A stretch of DNA of 64,000 bases from the NCBI GenBank assembly GCA_037142675.1, contig JBAXAF010000002.1, positions 13,300-77,299 of the forward strand, in the 5' to 3' direction. The notes beneath the pieces are model-generated. The model saw only the letters and a list, made by a program, of their open reading frames with translations, was not told the DNA's origin and made no database searches. Position numbers and translations under genes: made by a program. Positions 32,649 to 42,998 of the stretch are shown here, one piece after another. This stretch comes from Candidatus Berkelbacteria bacterium. Its GTDB lineage: Bacteria; Patescibacteriota; UBA1384; XYA2-FULL-43-10; CAINNR01. The number at the start of each line of letters is the position of its first letter. The stretch's first letter is position 1.

Positions 32649-32928
32649 GAAGTACTCTTTCCAGCTTAGAAATGGGTTTGATATTTAAATAAAGCGACCA
32701 AAGAGCTAGAGACTTTTTGTTCCATTGACCAGTTGGAATCTGCTCGGCTATTTTTTGTATCTCATCCAAACTATATGTTTCGAACAACCAATCTGTAGCA
32801 TCTTCGGTGCCGTAATTTAAAACCTGGGCAATAATTAATTTTTTGTGTAATTCTAAATCGATCTTATTGATGTCATAAGACCAGAGAACATTTGCAACAG
32901 ATTTTGGAATTTTTTCGTTGGTTGTCAT
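32641..32928 (-). CDS. small partner protein of the nucleotidyltransferase (putative antitoxin/regulator)
   Basis: 95-aa ORF overlapping the NTase start by 8 nt. Confidence 0.35.
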   Translation of the reverse strand: MTTNEKIPKSVANVLWSYDINKIDLELHKKLIIAQVLNYGTEDATDWLFETYSLDEIQKIAEQIPTGQWNKKSLALWSLYLNIKPISKLERVLHG

Positions 32929-33004
32929 ACCTAAAAATTACTTGTCTAACAGATATATTATAGCATATTTGGGGCTATTTATATAGGGGAAAATGATATT
33001 AATC

Positions 33005-33817
33005 CTATTCCCAAATCTCTCCGGTAATACCATTTACTTTGATCTTGTCGATAGTCGTAAATTGTATACGAAGATCGCTCGGGTTGTCCTCGTCTTCTAA
33101 AAGTCCTTTGGTCATTCGTTTGGCATAGATCATGGTGGCTAGAGTCGGGCAAACAATCATGATAATCGGGAAGGTCTTGGAAATTTCATCCCATTCGTAG
33201 CCATTGTAAAGCTCTATAAAATTTTTGACTTGGCGCCTGATCGAATAACGAGGCAGAGTCGGCGCAATTATCGCAAAAAGAAAATATTCCGATATTGTCC
33301 GTTTGCTGGCTTTCTTTTTCTTGAGTCTTTTAACCACCGGATCCACTTTATATTCAGTCAAAAAGTTAAAACGATACTCGGAATTAGCCAGGTCCGTTGC
33401 GGTAGCAATCAAATAGGAGAGTTCATTTTCTTCACTAGACTCTCGGCTTCTGTTTGCCGCAATTTTCAAACCCAAAGCAATCTCCCCGACGAGCTGGCAT
33501 TTTTCGATAAAATCGGTTGAGCGGTCTTTAAGCCTATAAAACTTTCTTAGAACCTCGATCGAGCAATCATCTTGAGTTTTTAAGAATCTGATTCCATTTA
33601 ATCCCAGGTAATAGATCGCCGGTTTGGTATTTTCTCCAAACTTATTTGAATAGATTCGATTAAGGTATTCTTTTTGTGTTAGGTCTTTTAACCAGTCGTT
33701 GATTCTTTTGTGATATTTATGATTGAGGAATGCTTGAATTTGTTTTCGATCTAAGAATTTGTATTTGTATAGTAGTTTGAGTATTTCTTGTTGTTTTGTA
33801 GTTATTTTGTTGGTCAT
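33005..33817 (-). CDS. putative replication-relaxation / wHTH mobile-element protein
   Basis: N-terminal QQEILKLLYKYKFLDRKQIQAFL wHTH-like segment; mobile-element context. Confidence 0.3.
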   Translation of the reverse strand: MTNKITTKQQEILKLLYKYKFLDRKQIQAFLNHKYHKRINDWLKDLTQKEYLNRIYSNKFGENTKPAIYYLGLNGIRFLKTQDDCSIEVLRKFYRLKDRSTDFIEKCQLVGEIALGLKIAANRSRESSEENELSYLIATATDLANSEYRFNFLTEYKVDPVVKRLKKKKASKRTISEYFLFAIIAPTLPRYSIRRQVKNFIELYNGYEWDEISKTFPIIMIVCPTLATMIYAKRMTKGLLEDEDNPSDLRIQFTTIDKIKVNGITGEIWE

Positions 33818-34094
33818 TGTTTTGAATTAGTTGTTTATTTAATTTGCAATTTACCATTACTACCTACACCGACCAAACCTATATTTGTAAAGGTAAGTGA
33901 TACAAGTCGCATATCTTTTAAGGCTAAATTAAACATATTTCAGTATCAGTTCACTGATACAATTAAATACCTGATTATTCGGCTTGTCAACAGTCTTATT
34001 TAAACTTTTACCCTCTTGACATTGTGAATATAACAATAGTATACTATGAATATAATCACAATAAGGAGGGTATACGGGGACTTCTCATCTTCAA

Positions 34095-34415
34095 TTGATA
34101 GGCCAGAAAAACACCTTGTTTTCTACGGTGGAAATCAATCCCTCTGCCCATATTAAAGCTGAGAGGCCAAGGCCAGAAGCCTTAATTGCTACACATAGCA
34201 AAACCTTTGAGAGTGCCTTGAGCAGGATCTTCCCTGGCAAACAAGAGGAAACCAGGATCCAAAAGGCGCGCCTAATTATGGGAGATGATGTCAAAGATTT
34301 ATCGGATGAAGATTTAGAGGTTTTCCTTACCGAGTTTCAATATCTGATCGACTGCTGGTTAGACGAATACGAAAAACAAGTTTTCAATAACAAAACATTA
34401 AGAGAATTAATTTAA
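34095..34415 (+). CDS. hypothetical protein upstream of recombinase
   Basis: 106-aa ORF, 15-nt gap to recombinase start. Confidence 0.3.
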   Translation: MIGQKNTLFSTVEINPSAHIKAERPRPEALIATHSKTFESALSRIFPGKQEETRIQKARLIMGDDVKDLSDEDLEVFLTEFQYLIDCWLDEYEKQVFNNKTLRELI

Positions 34416-34429
34416 TAAAGGAGGGATGA

Positions 34430-36145
34430 ATGGACTTTCCATCACCAATCAAAGGGGAGCAATCAGAAAAAGCGGTCGTTTATATTCGAGTATCGACCGA
34501 AGAGCAAGTCGAAAACTATTCGCTAGGCACTCAAGAAGAGATTTGCAGAAAAGAAGCCGATAAACGAAAGCTCGAGGTTGTGAAGGTTTTTCGCGAAGAG
34601 GGACGTTCCGCAAAGACGATTACCGGACGACCTACACTAATTGAAATGCTCGAGTATTGCCGAAAACACAAAAGAGAAATCAGTTCGGTTATTGTTTACC
34701 GACTGGATCGAGTTTCCCGTCAAACATCTGATTATTTGGTGATTAGAAGAAAACTGGTGGAATGCGAAATAGAACTAATTTCAGCCACAGAGCCAACCGG
34801 CAACAGCCCGACAGAAAAGTTTGTTGAAACTATGTTGGCCGGCTTTGCCCAGATGGATAACGATATTCGAAGCGAACGAGCCAAAAATGGGCTTAGAGCC
34901 AGATTCCAGGCTGGCTTAACCAGTTATGTAACGATGGGCTATGATAATAAAAGTGGCTATACAACAAAAAATCCCGAAACATTTGATAAGCTTCAAGCTT
35001 CTTGGCATTTATTTTCCACAGGCACGAAAACACTGCGAAATATTGCCAATATTCTAACTGAACAAGGAATTGCCCAAAGACATAAAGGCGGGCGTATGCT
35101 CCCACAGCAGGTTAACAGAATGTTTCGCAATAAATTCTATGCCGGTTATGTCATCTCTAAAAAATATGGGCAAGAAGTCCAAGGCCAGCATCCACCAATG
35201 GTTACCGAGGAATTATTCTACAAAGTCCAAGCGATTCTAGATGGTAGAAACCACAACATCTCAAGGCCGCTAGCAAAGCGCCATCGAGACAACCCGAATT
35301 TTCCCCTGCGCCGTATCGTCAAATGCGAAATTTGCGGTACTTCTTTTACTGGAGGGAAAAGCAAAGGCAAGCGCGAATACTATGGCTATTACTTTTGCCG
35401 AAACAGATGCAAAGAATCGAATGTCGCTTCGGAAAAGATAACCCATGATACCACCGACTATTTGGGTAAAATATCCCTAACAGAAAAAACCGCCAAATTG
35501 TTTAACGCTTTTCTGCGAAGAACTTATTTTAGCAGGGCTAAAACCCTACAAAAAAGACGAGAGCAGGCCGATGACGAGCTAAAAAAGTCATATGAAACAC
35601 GCCAGGCATTAATCGATAAGAATCTGACCGGCATATACTCCGACGAGATCTTTAAGGAACAAAACAATATGTTAGAGGCAAAAATAAAGAGTATTCAATT
35701 CACTAAAAACGATGAATTACTTGATAAATATGCTCTTGGGCCGATTACTCAATTTGTTGAAACCAAGCTAACCGATCTGCCGAAAACCTTTGAGACATCT
35801 ATAAAAAAAGATCCTGAACCGGATCTCGGACAGATCAGAATGCTCCTGTGTTCGATATTCCCCTCTGGAATGCCATATGGCCGAAATGGCTATTCGAACA
35901 CAGAAATCAGCCCATTTTTCAGAGCGATTTTGGACTTGCAGCCCAAGAATTCTAATCTTGTCTCGTTTGGCGGAGAGAGTGTGATTCGAACACACGAGGA
36001 TAGGTATCCATGGGTTTACCACCCATTCCCTTTGACCACTCGGGCATCTCTCCGCTTAAGACTTACAGCGAGCCGTGCCGGAGCCCAACCCGACAATCAT
36101 CTCCCCGTGACGTCGTGTCACAGCCTTGATGACATCAAACATTGA
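34430..36145 (+). CDS. large serine recombinase (integrase); 3' end of ORF runs antisense through tRNA-Tyr (C-terminal ~60 aa probably spurious extension)
   Basis: resolvase catalytic domain AVVYIRVSTEEQ, recombinase domain, zinc ribbon CEICG...CRNRC, coiled-coil; no stop codon until 36145. Confidence 0.8.
   Translation: MDFPSPIKGEQSEKAVVYIRVSTEEQVENYSLGTQEEICRKEADKRKLEVVKVFREEGRSAKTITGRPTLIEMLEYCRKHKREISSVIVYRLDRVSRQTSDYLVIRRKLVECEIELISATEPTGNSPTEKFVETMLAGFAQMDNDIRSERAKNGLRARFQAGLTSYVTMGYDNKSGYTTKNPETFDKLQASWHLFSTGTKTLRNIANILTEQGIAQRHKGGRMLPQQVNRMFRNKFYAGYVISKKYGQEVQGQHPPMVTEELFYKVQAILDGRNHNISRPLAKRHRDNPNFPLRRIVKCEICGTSFTGGKSKGKREYYGYYFCRNRCKESNVASEKITHDTTDYLGKISLTEKTAKLFNAFLRRTYFSRAKTLQKRREQADDELKKSYETRQALIDKNLTGIYSDEIFKEQNNMLEAKIKSIQFTKNDELLDKYALGPITQFVETKLTDLPKTFETSIKKDPEPDLGQIRMLLCSIFPSGMPYGRNGYSNTEISPFFRAILDLQPKNSNLVSFGGESVIRTHEDRYPWVYHPFPLTTRASLRLRLTASRAGAQPDNHLPVTSCHSLDDIKH
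35968..36053 (-). tRNA. tRNA-Tyr (anticodon GTA), type II with long variable arm
   Basis: reverse complement GGAGAGATGCCCGAGTGGTCAAAGGGA ATGGG TGGTAAA CCCAT GGATACCTATCC TCGTGTGTTCGAATCACAC TCTCTCCGCCA; D-arm pattern as in bacterial tRNA-Tyr; position 33 is G (atypical). Confidence 0.7.
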
Positions 36146-36348
36146 TCAGCTCGCAAACATCTGGAGCGGGCGACCGGATTAGTACCGGCAACCAAATGCA
36201 ACCCTGTCCTTACTGCTTTGTTGTTGCTAGCAGCAGTCGACTCAGCGGCATCCGCTCGACGCCCGCTCTCCGAAAAATGTGCGGCGCCGGTTCCCAGACC
36301 GAGCCTGGGTTTCCGATCCGGGTCGGCGCCGCGAAACTTGTCAAGATT

Positions 36349-36473
36349 TGGTCGGGGCGACCAGATTTGAACTGGTGACCTTACGGGCTGCCAGGAATGA
36401 GTTTTAGCTCCTTTGCCAAGGGAAACTCAAACCGGCAGTGGACCGCACGAGCTACCAACTGCTCCACGCCCCG
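36349..36473 (-). ncRNA. tRNA-like gene with ~50-nt hairpin insertion in the anticodon loop (intron-containing tRNA or tRNA pseudogene)
   Basis: reverse complement has canonical acceptor (CGGGGCG/CGCCCCG), D arm GAGC-AGTTGGTA-GCTC, anticodon stem TGCGG/CCGTA, variable loop AGGTC, T arm ACCAG-TTCAAAT-CTGGT, discriminator A + CCA; 56 nt between anticodon-stem strands containing CTGCCGG...TGAGTTT...AAACTCA...CCTGGCAG helix. Confidence 0.5.
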
Positions 36474-36537
36474 ACCGCGAAATGCGACAAAGAATAATAT
36501 AGCAGATACAGTTTTTTCTGTCAATAGTTTTGTGTTT

Positions 36538-36626
36538 CGTCATTGCGAGGAGCGATTAAGCAACGTGGCAATCTTTTAAATAGAGCTTGCCACGCCTCAG
36601 CCGATGGCTGATGGCTCGCAATGACA
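36538..36626. repeat. MITE-like palindromic element, TGTCATTGCGAG family (copy 4)
   Basis: TCGTCATTGCGAGGAGCGATTAAGCAACGTGGCAATC...GCTTGCCACGCCTCAGCCGATGGCTGATGGCTCGCAATGACA. Confidence 0.7.
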
Positions 36627-36702
36627 ATCTTAAAGCGATTTGATTTCTGCGACATTTTTTGCTAAGTTAGGTATAGAAATTTGGGGTTTCTTTTTTTATT
36701 AC

Positions 36703-36764
36703 TGTCATCCCCGACCTGATCGGGGATCCACTAATAGTAGATTCCCGCCTGCGCGGGAATGACA
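36703..36764. repeat. double-hairpin palindromic element (copy 2 of the 9895-9961 element, inverted)
   Basis: TGTCATCCCCGACCTGATCGGGGATCCACTAATAGTAGATTCCCGCCTGCGCGGGAATGACA. Confidence 0.7.
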
Positions 36765-36784
36765 TAACCTTAAGGAGTAGAAAA

Positions 36785-39442
36785 ATGGCAATCGATGCAA
36801 AAAAGATGGTGTACTTCTTCGGCGGGAAAAAGGCCGAAGGAAACGGCAAAATGAAAGATCTCTTGGGTGGCAAAGGTGCAAACCTGGCCGAAATGGTTAA
36901 CTCTGGTGTCCCAGTTCCTCCAGGCTTTACTATTACCACAAAAGTTTGCAACCACTTTTCAGACAATAAGGGCAAGATGCCTGCTAGGTTCGACAAAGAA
37001 TATACTGAGGCTATCGCAAAGATGGAAAAAGCCGTTGATAAAAAATTCGGCGACCTAGAGAATCCACTTTTAGTTTCCGTTCGTTCCGGCGCCAAATTCT
37101 CGATGCCAGGAATGATGGATACCATTCTAAACTTAGGCCTTAATGACAAAACTGTTGCAGCTCTGGCTGCAAAATCTGGCAACCGCCGATTTGCCCTAGA
37201 CGCTTACAGAAGATTTATTCAAATGTTCTCTGGAGTTGTGCTAGAAATCGACAAAGATCTATTTGAAGAAATTTTGGATTACGTTAAAGTTGAAGCCAAA
37301 GTTAAATTGGACACAGAGCTAAAAGAAGATGATCTAGAAATCGTGATCAAAAAATATAAAGATTTAGTTAAAAAGCAAATAGGAAAAGAATTTCCAACCG
37401 ATCCTATGACTCAGTTGGCTATGGCCAGAGACGCGGTTTTTAAAAGCTGGAACAATCCACGAGCTTTCACTTACAGACGAATGAATAAGATTGCCGATGA
37501 TTTAGGCACTGCCGTTAATGTCCAGGCAATGGTTTTTGGCAATATGGGCAGTGACTCAGCAACTGGTGTTGGTTTTACTAGAAACCCTTCAACTGGAGTT
37601 AATGAATTTTACGGCGAGTACCTAACCAACGCCCAAGGAGAAGACGTAGTGGCCGGAATTCGCACACCAAAACCAATTATAGAATTGAAGAAAGAAATGC
37701 CTGCGGCTTTCAAAGAGCTCAAAGATATTACTGACAACCTAGAAAAACACTACCGTGATATTCAAGACTTTGAATTTACTATTGAGCAAGGCGTACTTTA
37801 TATGTTGCAAACTCGCGTCGGCAAACGAACAGCCCACGCTGCAATCAAAATTGCTGTTGATATGGTTAAAGAGGGCATGATTACCAAAGAAGAAGCAATT
37901 ATGAGAGTTGAGCCAGAAGGCTTGAACCAACTGCTCCACCCGGTTTTTGATGCCAAAGTGAGTTATGATGCTGTTGCCACTGGACTCCCAGCATCCCCTG
38001 GCGCTGCCGTTGGCAAAGTAGTATTTACTTCTGAAGACGCAGTTAAAAAAGCGGACGAAAAAGTTATTTTGGTTCGAACTGAAACTTGTCCGGATGATAT
38101 TTCCGGAATGGAAGTTGCACAAGGAATTCTAACTGCCAGAGGTGGAATGACCTCACACGCCGCCGTAGTCGCTCGTGGCATGGGTAAATGCTGCGTTGCC
38201 GGCTGTGAAGATATTAAGGTAGATGAAAAAGCTGGCAAATTAATCATCGCTGGAAAAACTATTAAAGAAGGCGACTATATTTCTATTAACGGTTCAACCG
38301 GTGAAGTTATTCTTGGCCAGGTTCCAACAATCGAGCCAACACTTTCTGGCGACTTTGGAACACTCATGAGCTGGGTTAACAAAACTCGCCGCCTGGGAGT
38401 TCGTTCCAACGCCGATATTCCACGAGATGCAAAAACCGCTGCCGGTTTCGGTGCTGAAGGAATTGGTCTTTGCCGAACTGAGCACATGTTCTTTGATGCT
38501 GCCAGATTGCCTCTAATGCAAAAAATGATTCTAGTTGATACCGAAGAAGACAGGCGCAAGGCGTTAGAAAAACTTTTGCCTTTCCAAAAAGAAGACTTCA
38601 AAGGATTATTTGAAGAAATGAAAGGCTACTCTGTCACCGTTCGTCTGCTTGACCCACCACTTCATGAATTTTTGCCAAAGACCAAAGAGGAAGCCAAAGA
38701 GCTTTCAAAGAAAATTGGCATTGACGAAAAAATTATTTGGAGCAAAACGCAGGACTTGCATGAATTCAACCCAATGCTTGGTCATCGCGGTTGCCGTTTG
38801 GGAATTACCTATCCGGAAATCACCGAAATGCAAACTAAGGCGATCATTTCCGCCGCTTGCGAACTTTTGAAAAAGAAAAATGTCAAAGTAGTGCCAGAAA
38901 TTATGGTGCCACTAGTTGGGAATGTTTCTGAGTTCAAAGATCAAAAAGATATTATCGACGCTACCGCTGCCGAGACAATGAAAGAGTATGGCGTTAAAGT
39001 CAAATACATGGTTGGTACCATGATCGAAGTTCCACGAGCCGCCGTTACCGCCGATGAAATAGCCGAGGTAGCCGACTTCTTCTCCTTTGGAACTAATGAC
39101 CTGACACAGATGACCTTGGGTTTCTCCCGCGATGATGCCGGCAAGTTCATTAAAGTTTACATGGACAAAAAGATCTTTGCCTCCGATCCATTCCAAACAC
39201 TAGACCAAGAAGGCGTTGGCCAGTTGGTGAAAATGGGCATTGAAAAAGGCCGAAGCGTCAAAGAAAAACTAAAGATTGGTATATGCGGCGAACATGGTGG
39301 AGACCCGGATTCAGTTAAGTTCTGCCACCGCGCCGGCATGGATTATGTTTCCTGCTCACCATACCGCGTACCAATCGCTTGTCTTGCCGCCGCCCAAGCA
39401 GTGGTTGAAGAGAGTGATGGGACCAGCTACACAAACAAATAG
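36785..39442 (+). CDS. ppdK: pyruvate, phosphate dikinase
   Basis: 885 aa; PEP-utilising enzyme domains, phosphohistidine region GGMTSHAAVVARG, TIM-barrel CRTEHMFF. Confidence 0.95.
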   Translation: MAIDAKKMVYFFGGKKAEGNGKMKDLLGGKGANLAEMVNSGVPVPPGFTITTKVCNHFSDNKGKMPARFDKEYTEAIAKMEKAVDKKFGDLENPLLVSVRSGAKFSMPGMMDTILNLGLNDKTVAALAAKSGNRRFALDAYRRFIQMFSGVVLEIDKDLFEEILDYVKVEAKVKLDTELKEDDLEIVIKKYKDLVKKQIGKEFPTDPMTQLAMARDAVFKSWNNPRAFTYRRMNKIADDLGTAVNVQAMVFGNMGSDSATGVGFTRNPSTGVNEFYGEYLTNAQGEDVVAGIRTPKPIIELKKEMPAAFKELKDITDNLEKHYRDIQDFEFTIEQGVLYMLQTRVGKRTAHAAIKIAVDMVKEGMITKEEAIMRVEPEGLNQLLHPVFDAKVSYDAVATGLPASPGAAVGKVVFTSEDAVKKADEKVILVRTETCPDDISGMEVAQGILTARGGMTSHAAVVARGMGKCCVAGCEDIKVDEKAGKLIIAGKTIKEGDYISINGSTGEVILGQVPTIEPTLSGDFGTLMSWVNKTRRLGVRSNADIPRDAKTAAGFGAEGIGLCRTEHMFFDAARLPLMQKMILVDTEEDRRKALEKLLPFQKEDFKGLFEEMKGYSVTVRLLDPPLHEFLPKTKEEAKELSKKIGIDEKIIWSKTQDLHEFNPMLGHRGCRLGITYPEITEMQTKAIISAACELLKKKNVKVVPEIMVPLVGNVSEFKDQKDIIDATAAETMKEYGVKVKYMVGTMIEVPRAAVTADEIAEVADFFSFGTNDLTQMTLGFSRDDAGKFIKVYMDKKIFASDPFQTLDQEGVGQLVKMGIEKGRSVKEKLKIGICGEHGGDPDSVKFCHRAGMDYVSCSPYRVPIACLAAAQAVVEESDGTSYTNK

Positions 39443-39497
39443 CTCTGGCTAATGTAAAAAATACCACTGAATTAAACCGGTGGTATTTTTTATGTCT

Positions 39498-39923
39498 TTA
39501 TTCAGATTTATTGCAGCACTTTGTAATCTCACTGATGATTTCATCCAATCGATGCTCAGCTTTAATATAATATTTGTCTACTCCAAGTTGCATATAATGT
39601 TTAACTTTATCTGGCGATGCAGTGTTGGAAACTACAAAGATTGGAATATTTTTCCATTCATCACTCTTTTTAATTTGAGCAACAAAGTCCAATCCATCTT
39701 CCTTACCAAAAAGATAATGATCAAGCCAAATAATGTCAACTTCAACTTTATCTTTCAATAAATTCAATCCCTGCTCAACGCTTCTGGCAGAAACAACCTG
39801 AAAACCAGTAGTTTTCAGCTTAGTTGAAATTGCCTCAATCAATGGTTGTTCATCTTCCATTACTAAAACTTTTGTATCCGACATATTTTTCTCCAAAATT
39901 ATTACGATTTTACTTCGCGGCAA
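39498..39923 (-). CDS. single-domain response regulator (CheY-like receiver)
   Basis: 141 aa; receiver domain with phospho-acceptor Asp context IIWLDHYL. Confidence 0.75.
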   Translation of the reverse strand: MPRSKIVIILEKNMSDTKVLVMEDEQPLIEAISTKLKTTGFQVVSARSVEQGLNLLKDKVEVDIIWLDHYLFGKEDGLDFVAQIKKSDEWKNIPIFVVSNTASPDKVKHYMQLGVDKYYIKAEHRLDEIISEITKCCNKSE

Positions 39924-40049
39924 CGTAAATTAAATAAACAATCGCCAAAAAAGCTAAGGAAAGAACAAAAAATGTTGTCCCCAGAAAAATTGCGACTGGG
40001 GTAACATCATCTTTGGTTGTGGTTGTTTGCTCCATAATAAATATATTAA

Positions 40050-42998
40050 TTATTCAATTCTTTTATCACCTTCTTTTGCTTTCATGCCAGAAAGTGGCAA
40101 GGCAACATGGAAGGTAGTGCCTTTATTTTCGGCTGAATCGAAACTAATCTTTCCACCTGAATTATCTACGATTGATTTTACAATGTAAAGCCCGAGACCT
40201 GTTCCCTCGGTATCTTTTTCCCGAACATTGTCAGCACGGAAAAGTTTGGAGAAAATTTTATCTTGCTGATCTTTTGGAATTCCGTAGCCAGAGTCTTTAA
40301 CATTAATTAAAATATTTTTATCTTTTAGCGAAATATTCGACTCAACGCTACCACCATCTGGTGTATACTTTACAGCATTGGATAATAAATTTTGCAAAAC
40401 AATTCTAACTAATTTTGGATCGGCAGAGAACTTTGGAATTTTTTCATAATTCTCTTTAATTTTTAATTTCTTGGTTTTAATTTGCGGAGTCAATTCCTCA
40501 ATAACACTCTTGGAGATTTCCACGACATCCGTTGGTTCAGGCTCAACAGAAAAAGTGCCAAGTTCAATTCGCGAAACATTGAGTAGCGAATTAACCAAAT
40601 CAACCATTCGCTGATTCCCAGCGTAAATTTTCTCAACAAATTCAGTTTGTTGTTTTGTCAACTTCCCAGCGTCACCAGCCAAGAGCATTTCTGCAAACCA
40701 ATTGACGGATGATAGTGGGGTTCGCAGCTGATGAGAAGCAAGTGAAACAAACTCAGTTTTTGCTTTATCAATTTCCCGCTCATGCGTAACATCGCGAAAT
40801 ACTACAACACAACCAATAATACTTCCATCCCTATCTTTGAGCGGTGCCGCGCTATCTGCAACAGCAATTTTTTCTCCTGCCTTTTGGGTAATTTGGGTAT
40901 GGTTTGCCATCTCCTGAACTTCTCCCGTAGTCATAGCCTTTGACATAAATTCATCATTGACTTTGCCAGTATCTTCAAAAGAAAATTTTAAAACATCCGA
41001 ATATTTTTTACCCATTGATTCCTCAACCGAATATCCCGATAGTTTTGCGGCCACGGAGTTAAAAACGATAATATTTAAGTCTTTGTCGACAACAAACACA
41101 CCGTCGCCAATGCTATGTAGTATTGCATCAATTTTATCTTTTTCATGGCCGACCTTGTCTTTCTCGTCTTCAACATCTTCCAAAATATTCAAAACCGCCT
41201 TTTGCTGGTCTTCCATAAAAGCCGACTTTTCAGTAATCTCATGTGTTTGCTCCTCAACTTTTCTATCAACCTCAGCCCTAGAGGCAATAACAGCTTTAAT
41301 CATTGCATCAAACGATTGTGAGAGCTGACCAATTTCATCATTTGAATTAATTATTACATTTTGGCTCAAGTCCCCTGCGGCAATCTTCTCGGCACTAAAT
41401 TTCAACTCCTCAATTGGTTTTGTAATTCTTGTAGAAAAGTAATATCCAACAATATAAAATATTACGACCGAACCAAGAAGCAACAAGATAAACAATTGAA
41501 TTTCAGAATTCGTAGAAGCTAGTGCTGTTGACTCCTTCTCTGCAACAATAACACACCAATTAGTTTCCTTTATTGGTAAATATGAGGCAATAACTGTGGT
41601 ATTTACAATACTTTTTCCAACAATTATTTGGGGCAAGTAGCTACTTTTGTTTTTAGCAATTTCTGCAAGACAAGCTTTTGGCGGATCAGCGTCAAGCTTT
41701 GTTTTCAATATTTCTCCATTATCATATTCAGCTAGCTGAGATATTAAATATCCGGAGCTATTCATAACAAATATTCTATCTACCGCTTCAGATTTTCCAC
41801 TATCCACAAGACCAGCGAAGAATTTGTGAATATCCACTCGGGCAGCAATAACACCGAATGTTTTTCCGCTGTCGGTCACTGGTACCGATATAGCCATTGA
41901 ATGTTCCTTCGAAACATCAGAGTAATAGACATCTTTAATATGAGTATTCTTAATCCCTTGGATAAAAATTTCATCTGATGATTTATCTTGGCCAATAGAC
42001 TCCAGACTGCTGGAAGCTACCTCTTTGCCTGTTGAGTCTATTAAAAATACCTCTTGAAAATCAAGAGAATTTGATTTTATATTGATAAGCTTTTTCTGAA
42101 CCTCATTGAAAATTTCTGAATTTGTCGCTTGGTTCGGGTTTTTAAGATAGTCAACAAAAGCTTGGGAAGTTTTTGCCATAAGCTCAACTGTGTTTTTTTG
42201 CTCACTAAGCTTCATAGTAACATGAGTGACATTACTTTCAGCTAAAGTATTAATTCTTAAATCAATTTCTGAACGCAAGTACTTTTCTGATGCGGCAATT
42301 ACAATATAGGTAGATGCGATCGATAAAATAATAAATGAAAATCCAAAAGTTAATATTATTCTCGGTCTAATTCTACTAAAACTTTTTGGCGCCGCACCAA
42401 ACAATGATTCAGTTTCTGATTTTGAGCCTACCTTGTTTGTTGCAATTCCAAAAAACAAAACTACTAAGCTTGAAATTGATAATAAATAATACATAACCTG
42501 ACTTTTCTCGGCTAATACCCCAGCAGTTGCGACAAGGATTAGGTAAGCGATGAAATACAATATTCCACTTTGCCTAAATTTTATATAGCTCCAAATTATT
42601 AGGGTTAAAATTACAACTGAAGCCATCTCAACTATTCTAGATGTCACTTCATATGATGGAATTTGCATAATATAAAGAACTTCAAGCAAGGCAGAAGCAA
42701 TAACCAGCAATATTAGTACGCTTTTCTTGTCTTTGCAATGGTTAAGTATGGCAACAAACATAACAAGTATCGACAAAATCATTACCATTTCTCCGCCCCG
42801 GAAAATGTTGTAGAGCCAAGTAATATTTGGCATAAATTTAAACAACATCTCGGAGATTGTCGAAATTACTGTGGCAGCAATCCCGACATTCAAAATTGGG
42901 ATTAAGTAATTCTTTGTGCTAGAGGTTTTTGCATATAAAAATATAAAAAGTCCGAGCGCTACTGTTGCCTGCAATATTAAAAGGAGTGTAATTGTCAT
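40050..42998 (-). CDS. multi-domain sensor histidine kinase (polytopic N-terminus, Cache-like, HAMP, PAS, HisKA, HATPase_c)
   Basis: 982 aa; H-box SHQLRTPLSSV, G-box GTGLGLYIVKSIV; HAMP segment and PAS-like region. Confidence 0.85.
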   Translation of the reverse strand: MTITLLLILQATVALGLFIFLYAKTSSTKNYLIPILNVGIAATVISTISEMLFKFMPNITWLYNIFRGGEMVMILSILVMFVAILNHCKDKKSVLILLVIASALLEVLYIMQIPSYEVTSRIVEMASVVILTLIIWSYIKFRQSGILYFIAYLILVATAGVLAEKSQVMYYLLSISSLVVLFFGIATNKVGSKSETESLFGAAPKSFSRIRPRIILTFGFSFIILSIASTYIVIAASEKYLRSEIDLRINTLAESNVTHVTMKLSEQKNTVELMAKTSQAFVDYLKNPNQATNSEIFNEVQKKLINIKSNSLDFQEVFLIDSTGKEVASSSLESIGQDKSSDEIFIQGIKNTHIKDVYYSDVSKEHSMAISVPVTDSGKTFGVIAARVDIHKFFAGLVDSGKSEAVDRIFVMNSSGYLISQLAEYDNGEILKTKLDADPPKACLAEIAKNKSSYLPQIIVGKSIVNTTVIASYLPIKETNWCVIVAEKESTALASTNSEIQLFILLLLGSVVIFYIVGYYFSTRITKPIEELKFSAEKIAAGDLSQNVIINSNDEIGQLSQSFDAMIKAVIASRAEVDRKVEEQTHEITEKSAFMEDQQKAVLNILEDVEDEKDKVGHEKDKIDAILHSIGDGVFVVDKDLNIIVFNSVAAKLSGYSVEESMGKKYSDVLKFSFEDTGKVNDEFMSKAMTTGEVQEMANHTQITQKAGEKIAVADSAAPLKDRDGSIIGCVVVFRDVTHEREIDKAKTEFVSLASHQLRTPLSSVNWFAEMLLAGDAGKLTKQQTEFVEKIYAGNQRMVDLVNSLLNVSRIELGTFSVEPEPTDVVEISKSVIEELTPQIKTKKLKIKENYEKIPKFSADPKLVRIVLQNLLSNAVKYTPDGGSVESNISLKDKNILINVKDSGYGIPKDQQDKIFSKLFRADNVREKDTEGTGLGLYIVKSIVDNSGGKISFDSAENKGTTFHVALPLSGMKAKEGDKRIE

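Noticed and set aside
33818-34094. Small inverted repeat GTATCAGTTCACTGATAC in the divergent promoter region
   Set aside because: Short (7-bp arms); could be an operator for the replication-relaxation-like protein but evidence is too thin to report as a feature
36667-37182. 171-aa minus-strand ORF overlapping ppdK start
   Set aside because: Antisense to a strongly supported gene and spanning repeat elements
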